Positions 55,859-64,000 of a stretch of DNA of 64,000 nt are shown piece by piece. The translations under genes and the position numbers were made by a program. The notes below the pieces were generated by a model. The model worked only from the letters and a program-made list of their open reading frames with translations, did not search any database and was not told the origin of the DNA. Origin of the DNA: a bacterium (lineage in GTDB: Bacteria; Patescibacteriota; Andersenbacteria; UBA10190); contig JAUYKA010000033.1 of NCBI GenBank assembly GCA_030698495.1, forward strand, positions 7,840-71,839. The letters run 5' to 3'. Each line of letters starts with the position of its first letter. Position 1 is the stretch's first letter.

Positions 55859-57025
55859 TTATGTCAAAAATTCCAGAAAATTGTTTTGGTGGATGGTTTG
55901 GGGGGCGGTGCGGTAGAGATTATAAAAGGCGCGGGAGGGTTTGGCATCGAGTTCCTCGAAATGCGTATCGAAGGCATGAAGCGTATTCCCCTGCTTGACG
56001 ACTAGATCTACGGTACTGCCGGCGCGCGATTGCCAGAAGTATAAGTCTTCCTGGCGATTGTAGGTGCGGCTTTGTTTAAAAATTTCCGCCATAACCCAAT
56101 TTTGCCACAACGCCTTAATGTCACTGCGATTGGTCGAGACAACCCATTCGCGCTGGAGGGCGTTTTTAACACCGTTATCCCAGAAGTAATATTTGCGGCC
56201 TTTGTTTATTTCTTTGTCGCCATTGGTGGAATAGGCTGGCACGCTAAAGATGACATAAATGCCTGCCAATAAATCCAGGTAGCGATTAACGGTCTGGCGG
56301 CTTAGTTTAAGCCGCGCGGCCAGTTGATTGATTGATATCGTTTGGCCGATGGCTTGGGCTAATTCCACCAAGAGGCGGCGGACATCTTCAGGTGAACGTA
56401 CCAGCGAAGCAGTAAAGATGTCTTTGAGCAGATAGTCGCTGATTAGGTTGGTTAAGTATTGCCGGGGATCTTCGGCCAAGTAGCTTTCCGGATAGCTGCC
56501 GAAGATAAGGCGGTTGAGCAGAAGCGCGTTAATTTGGTCGCCGAAATCTTGGTGCATACTGGCGGGTTCGAGGGAGTCGCTGTACCATTTTTGGTCGGCC
56601 AGAATTTCAGAGAATAAGAGCGGCGTCAGCCATAGCTTTTCGTTGCGGCCGGTAAGGTCGGCGGCGGCAGTTTCCAGCAAGGTATGACTGGATGACCCCA
56701 GGAGAATTATTTTGGGCTCGACTTTAGCATCGTACCAGCCTTTGCAAATGCGGCCGATGTCTGATTCGCGCTGGGCTTCGTCTATTATGAGGAGATGAGC
56801 AGCGCCCAGGCTGCGCATGGCGTCGGGCGGAGAAAGTTTGGCGGCGGCTTTGACGCGGGCGCGGTCAATATCAATGTCCATATTGAGCAGGATCCCTTGG
56901 CTATCAGAGATAATGTGCTCAATAAGAGTGGTTTTGCCGACCTGGCGGGCGCCGAGTAAAAAGAGGACTTTCTTGTTCTTGAGGGCAAGTTCGACTTGCG
57001 ACTGGATGATGCGATTAATATACAT
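55859..57025 (-). CDS. AAA-superfamily ATPase (DUF4143-type).
   Basis: Walker A LGARQVGKTT. The 388-aa architecture is typical of PF13173/PF13635 proteins. Confidence 0.6.
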   Translation of the reverse strand: MYINRIIQSQVELALKNKKVLFLLGARQVGKTTLIEHIISDSQGILLNMDIDIDRARVKAAAKLSPPDAMRSLGAAHLLIIDEAQRESDIGRICKGWYDAKVEPKIILLGSSSHTLLETAAADLTGRNEKLWLTPLLFSEILADQKWYSDSLEPASMHQDFGDQINALLLNRLIFGSYPESYLAEDPRQYLTNLISDYLLKDIFTASLVRSPEDVRRLLVELAQAIGQTISINQLAARLKLSRQTVNRYLDLLAGIYVIFSVPAYSTNGDKEINKGRKYYFWDNGVKNALQREWVVSTNRSDIKALWQNWVMAEIFKQSRTYNRQEDLYFWQSRAGSTVDLVVKQGNTLHAFDTHFEELDAKPSRAFYNLYRTAPQTIHQNNFLEFLT

Positions 57026-57135
57026 ATTGATATGTATAGTTTACAAAATATGTAGGTAAATTGTAAAGCTGGTTAATTAAATTATGTATTCCTAGCTCTT
57101 TTGGCTTTACGGTTGATACAAGCTAAACTGGGATT

Positions 57136-58170
57136 ATGTCCGGTAATAATTTTAGGGTTGAGATTGAACGGGGCGGCGTGCTTTTGTGGGTTAATCAAGA
57201 CGACCGATATGAAGCTGACGGTATTTTTAATCCGGCCGTGGCGGGTGATTATTTACTGTATCGTGCCGCCGGATCTGGTAATTATTCTCGGATAATGGCG
57301 GCGCGTTTGTCTTATGATAAGCGGCGGGGAGACGTGAACGCCGACCGTTTGCAGCGGATAATATTGGAACCCATGACGGCATATGAAAAAATGAGTGAGG
57401 AGAACGGAGGTGTGGAGGATCCGCGAGTGACCCGATTGGCTGACGGAAAATACGTAATGCTGTATGTTGGCTATGGGTATCAAAAAGAAACCGATGCTCA
57501 AGAATCAATGATAGCGGCAGCAATTTCAGAAAATGGATTAATATGGGAACGCTTGGGGCGGATTATGTTTGAGCCGCTGCACTGGCAGGGACACATGATT
57601 GATTTGAATAGAGTACCCAACAAAGACGCGGTGCTATTCAGTGAAAAAATTGGCGGCCGTTATGCTCTTTACCACCGCCCGATGTTTTCCGCGGAGAAGG
57701 CGAAAGTAACCGGTGTGCCAAGACGCGCCATCTGGTATGCAGAGGCAGAGCAATTAACCGGACCCTGGAGTAACCATAGGATGGTGGCCATACCGAAGTA
57801 TGACTGGGAGATTAGCGGCATTGGCAGCGGTGTTCCGCCGATTCGCATGGGTAACACTTGGCTGAATATTTATCACGGGTTCATCTATCAAAGAAAACAT
57901 AAGCACTACTGTGCCGGCGCCTTTGTTACTTCAGCTGATAAACCATACCAGATCACCTGGAGGCAGGCAGAGCCAGTTCTTGAACCAATTGTGTATGACG
58001 AGAAGAAGCACAGAAGCAAACACATTGTGTTTCCTACAGCTGTTTGGTCCGGCGCGGGAGAGAGACCGGTGATTATATGGGGCTGCGAAGATAGCAGTAT
58101 TATGTGGGGCTGGTTGAATCTGCGATCGGCACAGGCAGGACCGTCTGCATCTTTGCGGCTGCCTGCTTGA
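57136..58170 (+). CDS. GH130-like glycosidase/phosphorylase (DUF377 beta-propeller).
   Basis: GVEDPRV motif and overall length. Confidence 0.55.
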   Translation: MSGNNFRVEIERGGVLLWVNQDDRYEADGIFNPAVAGDYLLYRAAGSGNYSRIMAARLSYDKRRGDVNADRLQRIILEPMTAYEKMSEENGGVEDPRVTRLADGKYVMLYVGYGYQKETDAQESMIAAAISENGLIWERLGRIMFEPLHWQGHMIDLNRVPNKDAVLFSEKIGGRYALYHRPMFSAEKAKVTGVPRRAIWYAEAEQLTGPWSNHRMVAIPKYDWEISGIGSGVPPIRMGNTWLNIYHGFIYQRKHKHYCAGAFVTSADKPYQITWRQAEPVLEPIVYDEKKHRSKHIVFPTAVWSGAGERPVIIWGCEDSSIMWGWLNLRSAQAGPSASLRLPA

Positions 58171-59200
58171 TAGCGGCAGGTGCGGTGCGCATAAGCAGGT
58201 CAGCGTGCAAATAAGCCAGCATTGACTCCGCCCCGCAATTTGGGTTGATTTGAGTATGATTTAAACCGTCCCGGCACCAGCCTTTCTCGGGATTAACCAG
58301 AGGTTGTTTAAGAGAATTGTGACCAAAAAACCATAAATATGGCGCGGCAACCGTGGCTGGTGAGACGCGATCCGGAAATTCAGCGTGATATTCCAGTAAG
58401 AATTCAAACATGGTTCCGGCTTCGATGGGTTGTTGGTCATACCGCGCCGCCGGCCGGCCGGACTGATACCAGCCTTTATTACCGATGGGATGAAACATGT
58501 CGCCGGTAATAGTTGCTTCACACAAGAAAGACGCGCTGGCGTGGAGAGCGACAAGGTAGTGCGAGCTACGGTTAGACGATCGCACATAACTCAACAAAGC
58601 GTGGGGCAGGAGGGCGTTGGCGTAAGTCAGGCGGTTTTCAAACCAGGGCCAGTCGGTGCGGCGATTAGATGCAAACAACTTAAGAAGCCGGCCGGCCAGT
58701 TCGTTTTGCGCAGACGTTAGAGACGCGGGTATTTTTTTCACCGGCGGCAAAGACAGGGCGATAATGCTTTCCGCTATAGCGCGTTGATGGTGAAGCTGTT
58801 GTAAATGCGGCGTCAGCGCTATCAACCAGTCGCGGGCTTGCCGGCGGCGGACGGATGTTTTGGTTTTAAGTAGTACGGTGGCCAGACTGCGCGCCGTATG
58901 AGCCAGGGTATCTTCAGTGCCGATTTGGTCGAGCCACTTACCATCCGCCTGACGAAAATTACGGAAAACGCCGTTTGGCCGGCGCGCTTGCGTCAAAAAT
59001 TGCCAGCAGGAGTTTAGGAGGGTGTTAGCTTCAGCTGAAGGCTGGTACTGTTCCAGTGATACTAAAAACCGTATCGCCCGGCTATTGTCGTCGGTGCAGT
59101 AGCCTTCCGCTAGAAGCGGTTTTATGCCTTGGGCGTGTTGATACAGTCCGTAGGGACCCATCATGGTGCTAAAATGTCGCAATGAGATTGTGGCTTGCAT
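58100..59200 (-). CDS. Hypothetical protein, possibly (alpha/alpha)6-barrel glycosidase-like.
   Basis: Long ORF convergent with, and overlapping, the GH130 gene. Weak resemblance only. Confidence 0.3.
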   Translation of the reverse strand: MQATISLRHFSTMMGPYGLYQHAQGIKPLLAEGYCTDDNSRAIRFLVSLEQYQPSAEANTLLNSCWQFLTQARRPNGVFRNFRQADGKWLDQIGTEDTLAHTARSLATVLLKTKTSVRRRQARDWLIALTPHLQQLHHQRAIAESIIALSLPPVKKIPASLTSAQNELAGRLLKLFASNRRTDWPWFENRLTYANALLPHALLSYVRSSNRSSHYLVALHASASFLCEATITGDMFHPIGNKGWYQSGRPAARYDQQPIEAGTMFEFLLEYHAEFPDRVSPATVAAPYLWFFGHNSLKQPLVNPEKGWCRDGLNHTQINPNCGAESMLAYLHADLLMRTAPAAIKQAAAKMQTVLPVPIADSTSPT

Positions 59201-59318
59201 GAATGTGTATTGTTGTAGTATTATTTCGGATATCTGTCAAGAAAGTTTTTTTCTTGGGATTAAATTAACTCACGGTTCCGATTGGGGGTAGGATACAAGT
59301 TCTTGGAGAATAGTCTAT

Positions 59319-60422
59319 ATGAACATTGTTCTTATTGTAGCAGAGCACGGATATAGTTTCGTTAATCAGGCTGAAGCCTTAATGAAGGGTTTAAAGCAGA
59401 TTGGCGTTAATTCTAGCCTGGTAAAAGTCAGCGGCGGCCATGTTGATGCCAGTCAGCTTCAGGAAGCCCGGCCTGATATTGTAATAAGCGTCGGCGATTG
59501 GCATGATTATGCTCCTTTAGTAGAAGCACCAATGGTAGCAGGATTTGTGGTAGTGCCTTGGGTAGTTGCCGATGAAGCAAGTGATTTATGGATCGAACAG
59601 TACAATAAATTGCCTCTTATTTTAGTACCCAGCCAGCACGTTAAAGAACAATTAACCAGCAATAAAGTTACGGATAAACTTATCGAGGTTTTGCCCGAGG
59701 CGGTGGACGATGATTTATGGAAGCCATGGGAGGAAAAGCGCCTGGTATCTTTTTTGGAATTGCTTTCCGTGCAAAATGAGATGATAAGGGCTGATTTGCC
59801 CAAGCGGTTTGATTTAATGCAGGCACGGCAAGAAGGCGTGCCGATTATTTTTACGACCGGCGGTTACGCTACGGCTAAAGGCGCACAAGAGGTTATGCGC
59901 GCGCTGGCTACATTGGAAGAAGATTTGCCGTGGATTTATGTTATTAAGACGTGGCCGGCAATAGAAAGTTTGAAGTATACCCAAGAGGAGTTAACTCTGG
60001 CGGAAGAGCTTGGTCTGGCTGACCGGATGCGATATATTATCGGAGAATTTTCCCGGGATTTCATGGTGGGATTGATGAACGCATGTGATATGTACGCTTC
60101 GCCATCGCGGCACGAAGGATTTGGCTTGCCCTTAGTGGAGGCTCAAATGTGCGGCAAGCCGGTAGTAACGGTAGCCGGTACGGCTACTCAAGAGACGGTG
60201 CGCGACGGAGTGACCGGATTCCTGGCGACGAGAGATACCAGTGCAAAAGATATGCGCGCCGATGTGTCCAGTTTGGCGGGCCACCTGCGAGAACTTTTGA
60301 CTAATACCGACCGACGCGCGGAACTGGGGCGCCAGGCATTGAAACTGGCGCGCGCTACCTATCGGCCGGCGGCCATTACGCGACGTCTTTTGAATACGCT
60401 GGCTAAGCACAAACTGCCATGA
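59319..60422 (+). CDS. GT4 (group 1) glycosyltransferase.
   Basis: SPSRHEGFGLPLVEAQMCGKPVV motif. Confidence 0.7.
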   Translation: MNIVLIVAEHGYSFVNQAEALMKGLKQIGVNSSLVKVSGGHVDASQLQEARPDIVISVGDWHDYAPLVEAPMVAGFVVVPWVVADEASDLWIEQYNKLPLILVPSQHVKEQLTSNKVTDKLIEVLPEAVDDDLWKPWEEKRLVSFLELLSVQNEMIRADLPKRFDLMQARQEGVPIIFTTGGYATAKGAQEVMRALATLEEDLPWIYVIKTWPAIESLKYTQEELTLAEELGLADRMRYIIGEFSRDFMVGLMNACDMYASPSRHEGFGLPLVEAQMCGKPVVTVAGTATQETVRDGVTGFLATRDTSAKDMRADVSSLAGHLRELLTNTDRRAELGRQALKLARATYRPAAITRRLLNTLAKHKLP

Positions 60423-61660
60423 AAAATTCATACGCTGAAATACTGGAGTACCAGCAGGAACCATTAAATGTTATTTATATTGCTTCTTATATACCGCGCA
60501 AGTGCGGTATTGCTACTTATACCAAAGACTTAACGAACGCCATTAATTTGCTGAATTCGAGGTCAATGGCGGAAATTCTGGTGATGCATCGCGCCGATAG
60601 TAAGACCGATTATCCCTGGGAGGCCAAATATAAGGTTGATGATACTAACTTGGCTTCTTTTTTAGGAGCGGCAGACTATATCAACAAATCGCACGCCAAC
60701 CTGGTTTCGTTGCAGCATGAATTTGGCCTGTATGGCGGCAATGGCGGCGAATATATTGTACCTTTGGTTGAGTCTCTAAAAGTACCGCTGGTGACGACTT
60801 TTCACACGGTTGTGGCTGATCCGGACAGTAACTACGGCATGGTGCTGCGCCGGATTGCCGCAAGGTCGGAGGCTATTGTCGTAATGATGAATCAACCGGC
60901 TGACCGTCTGGTTAAATACTACGGCGTGCCGCGGAAAAAAATAGTAGTTATCCCCCATGGAGTACCCGATCTGCCTTTTAACAATTCAAGGGCCAGCAAG
61001 AGCAAGAGACGGCTGACCGACCGGTTGGTGTTGGGTAATATTAATCTTTTGTCGCCGGGAAAAGGGATTGAGTACGCGCTGGAAGCGGTGGCGGAAATAT
61101 CCCGACAGTATCCGGAAGTGCTTTATTTGGTTATCGGCCAGACACACCCCGATCTGCTAAAAGCGGAGGGAGAAAAATACCGAAATTATCTTAAAAGGCG
61201 AGTACGGGAATTGGATATTCGTAATAACGTGCGGTTTATTAATGAGTATTTGTCACTTAACGATCTCATAGACTGGCTGAAGACTATTGATATATACGTT
61301 ACACCGTATTTAGATCCGCAGCAGGTTACTTCCGGAGCTTTGGCATATGCCATTGGCGCCGGTAAAGCATGCGTGTCCACATCATATATATATGCCACTG
61401 AAGTTTTAGCCGACGGCCGCGGTGTGTTAGTGCCATTTCGTGATCCGGGCACGATTGCCAAAGCAGTGATTGGGTTACAGAAAAATAATACGCGCCGCAA
61501 AGATATGCAAAAGAAGGCTTATGAGTACGGTCGATTAATGACATGGCCAAACGTGGCCCAGAGCCATTTGCAGTTATTCAGGAGTGTTTTGCACCGGCAT
61601 GCTTGTCAACAACCTGCTGATATACACGAAGATAATTTTGTGCCATCCGTGCAGCCGTAA
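60419..61660 (+). CDS. GT4 (group 1) glycosyltransferase.
   Basis: GT-B C-terminal domain features. ATGA overlap with the upstream GT. Confidence 0.6.
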   Translation: MKNSYAEILEYQQEPLNVIYIASYIPRKCGIATYTKDLTNAINLLNSRSMAEILVMHRADSKTDYPWEAKYKVDDTNLASFLGAADYINKSHANLVSLQHEFGLYGGNGGEYIVPLVESLKVPLVTTFHTVVADPDSNYGMVLRRIAARSEAIVVMMNQPADRLVKYYGVPRKKIVVIPHGVPDLPFNNSRASKSKRRLTDRLVLGNINLLSPGKGIEYALEAVAEISRQYPEVLYLVIGQTHPDLLKAEGEKYRNYLKRRVRELDIRNNVRFINEYLSLNDLIDWLKTIDIYVTPYLDPQQVTSGALAYAIGAGKACVSTSYIYATEVLADGRGVLVPFRDPGTIAKAVIGLQKNNTRRKDMQKKAYEYGRLMTWPNVAQSHLQLFRSVLHRHACQQPADIHEDNFVPSVQP

Positions 61661-62630
61661 ATTTTTCTTCCACATGCTGGCGGCAGCGGGCGCGGTCAAT
61701 GGACGGTAAATGAGATACGGCTTCAATCGCCTCGGCAACATTGGTTACGAGAAAACCGGTTTGGCCGGAGATAATAATTTCCGGCATACTGCCGTGGTTC
61801 ATTGCGATAACGGGTGTGCCGCAAGCCATGGCTTCCACTACCGATAATCCAAACGGTTCGTTAAAGTTGATGGGGTGCAATAAAGCAGCGGCACCGCCGA
61901 GTAAGCGGTTACGTTCGGTCGGACCGACGTTGCCCACATATTTCACCTGATTATTATCAACGTGCGGGGCTATTTTTGAATCGAAGTATTTATCATCATA
62001 AACGCGTCCGGCCATAATAAGCCGGCGTTTGGCCGATCGGGCGATATTAATAGCTTCCGCCGCACCTTTGTCGTTATCAATTCTGGCAAAGAAAAGAAGA
62101 TAATCATCCGGCTGGTCCTGAAAGGTAAACTGCGCGAGGTCAATGCCGTGATGGACGGTGGCAATGTAATCAAGGTCGGGACGGCGGTCGGCTTGGCTGA
62201 TAGCCGCGTAGTACACCCGTTGGTTGTATTTCCTATACACCGGGAGAATGTCGGGTGAAGATATGCCGTGAATGGTGGTTAATACCGGCGTGTTAATTAA
62301 TCGGGAATAGGTTAGCGGCAGGAAATCAAAGTTATTGTGAATCACGTCAAATTCAGCCGCGTGTTCAAAGGCTTCCGAGATGTGCAGGCATTCCCATACC
62401 TTGGCGTTCATTTTGGCGTCTTCGCCATAGCCGTGCGGCGCTACCGCCTGCAAGCGGGCGGAGGTGAGCGAGTCACCGGTAGCAAAAAGGGTGACATCGG
62501 CGCCTTGGCGCACCAATTCTTCGGTTAATACGGAGACAACTTGTTCCCACGGCCCATAGTTGCGGGGCGGGGTACGCCAGGCAATGGGTGAGAGCATGGC
62601 GATGCGCAAGGGTGAAGGGGAATTAGACAT
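61578..62630 (-). CDS. GT4 (group 1) glycosyltransferase.
   Basis: NEPFGLSVVEAMACGTPVIA...GQTGFLV (E-x7-E). Confidence 0.7.
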   Translation of the reverse strand: MSNSPSPLRIAMLSPIAWRTPPRNYGPWEQVVSVLTEELVRQGADVTLFATGDSLTSARLQAVAPHGYGEDAKMNAKVWECLHISEAFEHAAEFDVIHNNFDFLPLTYSRLINTPVLTTIHGISSPDILPVYRKYNQRVYYAAISQADRRPDLDYIATVHHGIDLAQFTFQDQPDDYLLFFARIDNDKGAAEAINIARSAKRRLIMAGRVYDDKYFDSKIAPHVDNNQVKYVGNVGPTERNRLLGGAAALLHPINFNEPFGLSVVEAMACGTPVIAMNHGSMPEIIISGQTGFLVTNVAEAIEAVSHLPSIDRARCRQHVEEKFTAARMAQNYLRVYQQVVDKHAGAKHS

Positions 62631-62653
62631 GGGTTACAAGTACGAAGTTAATT

Positions 62654-63607
62654 TTAAGAACGCAGACTATCAAGGGGGAAAACCGCTCGCCCGATAACGC
62701 GGTCGGCTGCGCCGTAATAAATCCAAAGTTCATTGCCGCGGATAATGGCGCCGCAGGAATAGACAACGTTGGGAATAAAACCTTCTTTTTCGTAAACTTC
62801 TTCCGGCTCCAAAATAGGGCTGGAGTACCAAAGAATGCGGGATGGGTCGCGGCGGTCAAACATCATGAGTCCCAAGCGATAAACTCCATTGTTATCTACA
62901 GCGTGATATACCATAAGGTAGCCGATGTCGGTTAAAATAGGCGGCGATCCGGTGCCGAACTTATTGGCCTGCCACAATTTAGCCGGGGGCCGGGAAACAG
63001 TTTTTGTGTCTTGCCAGCGGTGTAAGTCCGAAGAAAAAGATAGGTTGAGCACGTCTCTTTCCCGATAGTAAACGGCAAACCGGCCGTTAATCTTTTCCGG
63101 CAGAAGCGCGCCGTTTTTGGCCGGTACGTCGGGGAGAAATACGCCATACCTTTGAAAAGTCCGAAAGTTTTGTGTAGTTTGCAGGCCAAGTCGAACACGC
63201 CAGGGAATAGCAGATAGTTCCTTGGGGCTGCTGACATCGGCCCTATGTCCTATCGGATGATAGGAGGAAGATGTGTGTACTATGTAGTATGTTTCGTCGA
63301 TTTTAGTAATTCGGGCGTCTTCGATCCCGAGGCGCTCATAAGGATCGTCCGGGTCGGTGTCGATGGCAGGTAAATTTTGCCTGGTAAAATTCATACCGTC
63401 TTCGCTGGTGGCAATACCCAGGCGGGAGATGCGAAATTCGTCATAAGCCCGGTATAACAGGACAACTTGTCCGTTATATTCAGCCACGCCCGGATTAAAG
63501 GTGCCTTTTTTCTCCCACCAGTAGGCATCACCGGTTCGCGGAGTAATTATTGGCTGGTCGGGCAGGCGCTTGGCGTGTGGTAGTTCTTTATAGACGGGTT
63601 GCGGCAT
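62654..63607 (-). CDS. GH130-like glycosidase/phosphorylase (DUF377).
   Basis: GIEDARI motif. Paralogue of 57136..58170. Confidence 0.55.
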   Translation of the reverse strand: MPQPVYKELPHAKRLPDQPIITPRTGDAYWWEKKGTFNPGVAEYNGQVVLLYRAYDEFRISRLGIATSEDGMNFTRQNLPAIDTDPDDPYERLGIEDARITKIDETYYIVHTSSSYHPIGHRADVSSPKELSAIPWRVRLGLQTTQNFRTFQRYGVFLPDVPAKNGALLPEKINGRFAVYYRERDVLNLSFSSDLHRWQDTKTVSRPPAKLWQANKFGTGSPPILTDIGYLMVYHAVDNNGVYRLGLMMFDRRDPSRILWYSSPILEPEEVYEKEGFIPNVVYSCGAIIRGNELWIYYGAADRVIGRAVFPLDSLRS

Positions 63608-63659
63608 AGAGATGCTTTATATCTTAAGTTAGCTCAAAATTGCGGATAATCAAAAATGA

Positions 63660-64000
63660 TTACCGAAAAAGAAGCAGTAAAGCCGGCCAATGGGAGATCA
63701 GAAGTAATATAAAGCTGATAATTACAGCGCCGCGCACCAGAAGGGTTTCCACGATGCTGTCGGTGGTGACGCGCAGTTCTTCCGGGCCGGGCGGTATTTT
63801 TATATTGATGTGTAGTGGCCAAAACCAGGGGACGCCGCGGTCGGTAATGGTGTCGGCGATAGGGTGGCTAATGTAGCCAATCATGAAAGCGCGCCATAGC
63901 ACTAGCATTGACGGAACAAAGGCCGGATTAATAAATGTGGTTATTCCCTGGTGCAGTAGATAACCGATGAGAATAATGCCGATTAGAGAGTGGGTGACGT
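63660..64000 (-). CDS. Membrane-bound metal-dependent hydrolase-like (DUF457/YdjM-like) protein; the 5' end runs off the window.
   Basis: The frame is open to the window edge (…VTHSLIGIILIGYLLHQG…GYISHPIADTITDRGVPWFWPL…). Confidence 0.4.
   Translation of the reverse strand, partial: VTHSLIGIILIGYLLHQGITTFINPAFVPSMLVLWRAFMIGYISHPIADTITDRGVPWFWPLHINIKIPPGPEELRVTTDSIVETLLVRGAVIISFILLLISHWPALLLLFR

Noticed and set aside
1-64000. CRISPR arrays, rRNA genes, integrase/transposase genes.
   Set aside because: No regularly spaced direct repeats, no rRNA-like conserved stretches and no recombinase motifs were seen on either strand.

Overview
The window is a gene-dense bacterial chromosomal segment at roughly 45-55% GC. 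It has short intergenic spacers, overlapping start/stop codons in operons and many small NUDIX and toxin-antitoxin genes, which suggests a small-genome, possibly CPR-like, organism. Housekeeping genes present are iscS/iscU, argS, hisS followed by tRNA-His(GTG), metG, valS, tsaD, tRNA-Glu(TTC), murI, rmlB and hsp20. These are interleaved with accessory material. Four things stand out. (1) A strongly AT-rich five-gene minus-strand operon (about 8.6-16.0 kb) encodes two radical-SAM/SPASM enzymes, a group-II PLP decarboxylase, a kinase-like plus nucleotidyltransferase two-domain protein and a GT2-like glycosyltransferase, with no recognisable precursor or resistance gene. This is the best candidate for an undescribed modification or biosynthetic system. 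(2) A secreted protein carries two canonical C-type lectin domains (WIGL/EPN/WND) and a PEP-CTERM sorting signal. (3) A squalene/phytoene-synthase::UbiA-prenyltransferase fusion sits in a small island that has its own terminator type, an unknown 325-aa gene and a RelE/ParD-like pair. (4) Several repeat families are present: a 68-bp element in three copies (two of them direct repeats flanking 6.1 kb), a roughly 360-bp composite A+B element in three places, and a conserved stem-loop with compensatory stem changes. The region around them is rearranged and rich in defence/TA modules (AbiEi/AbiEii, MntA/HepT, Fic, a NUDIX gene remnant). Heptamer tandem repeats produce in-frame insertions in murI and tsaD. 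A response-regulator gene is degraded by frameshifts. No CRISPR array, rRNA, integrase or transposase was seen.
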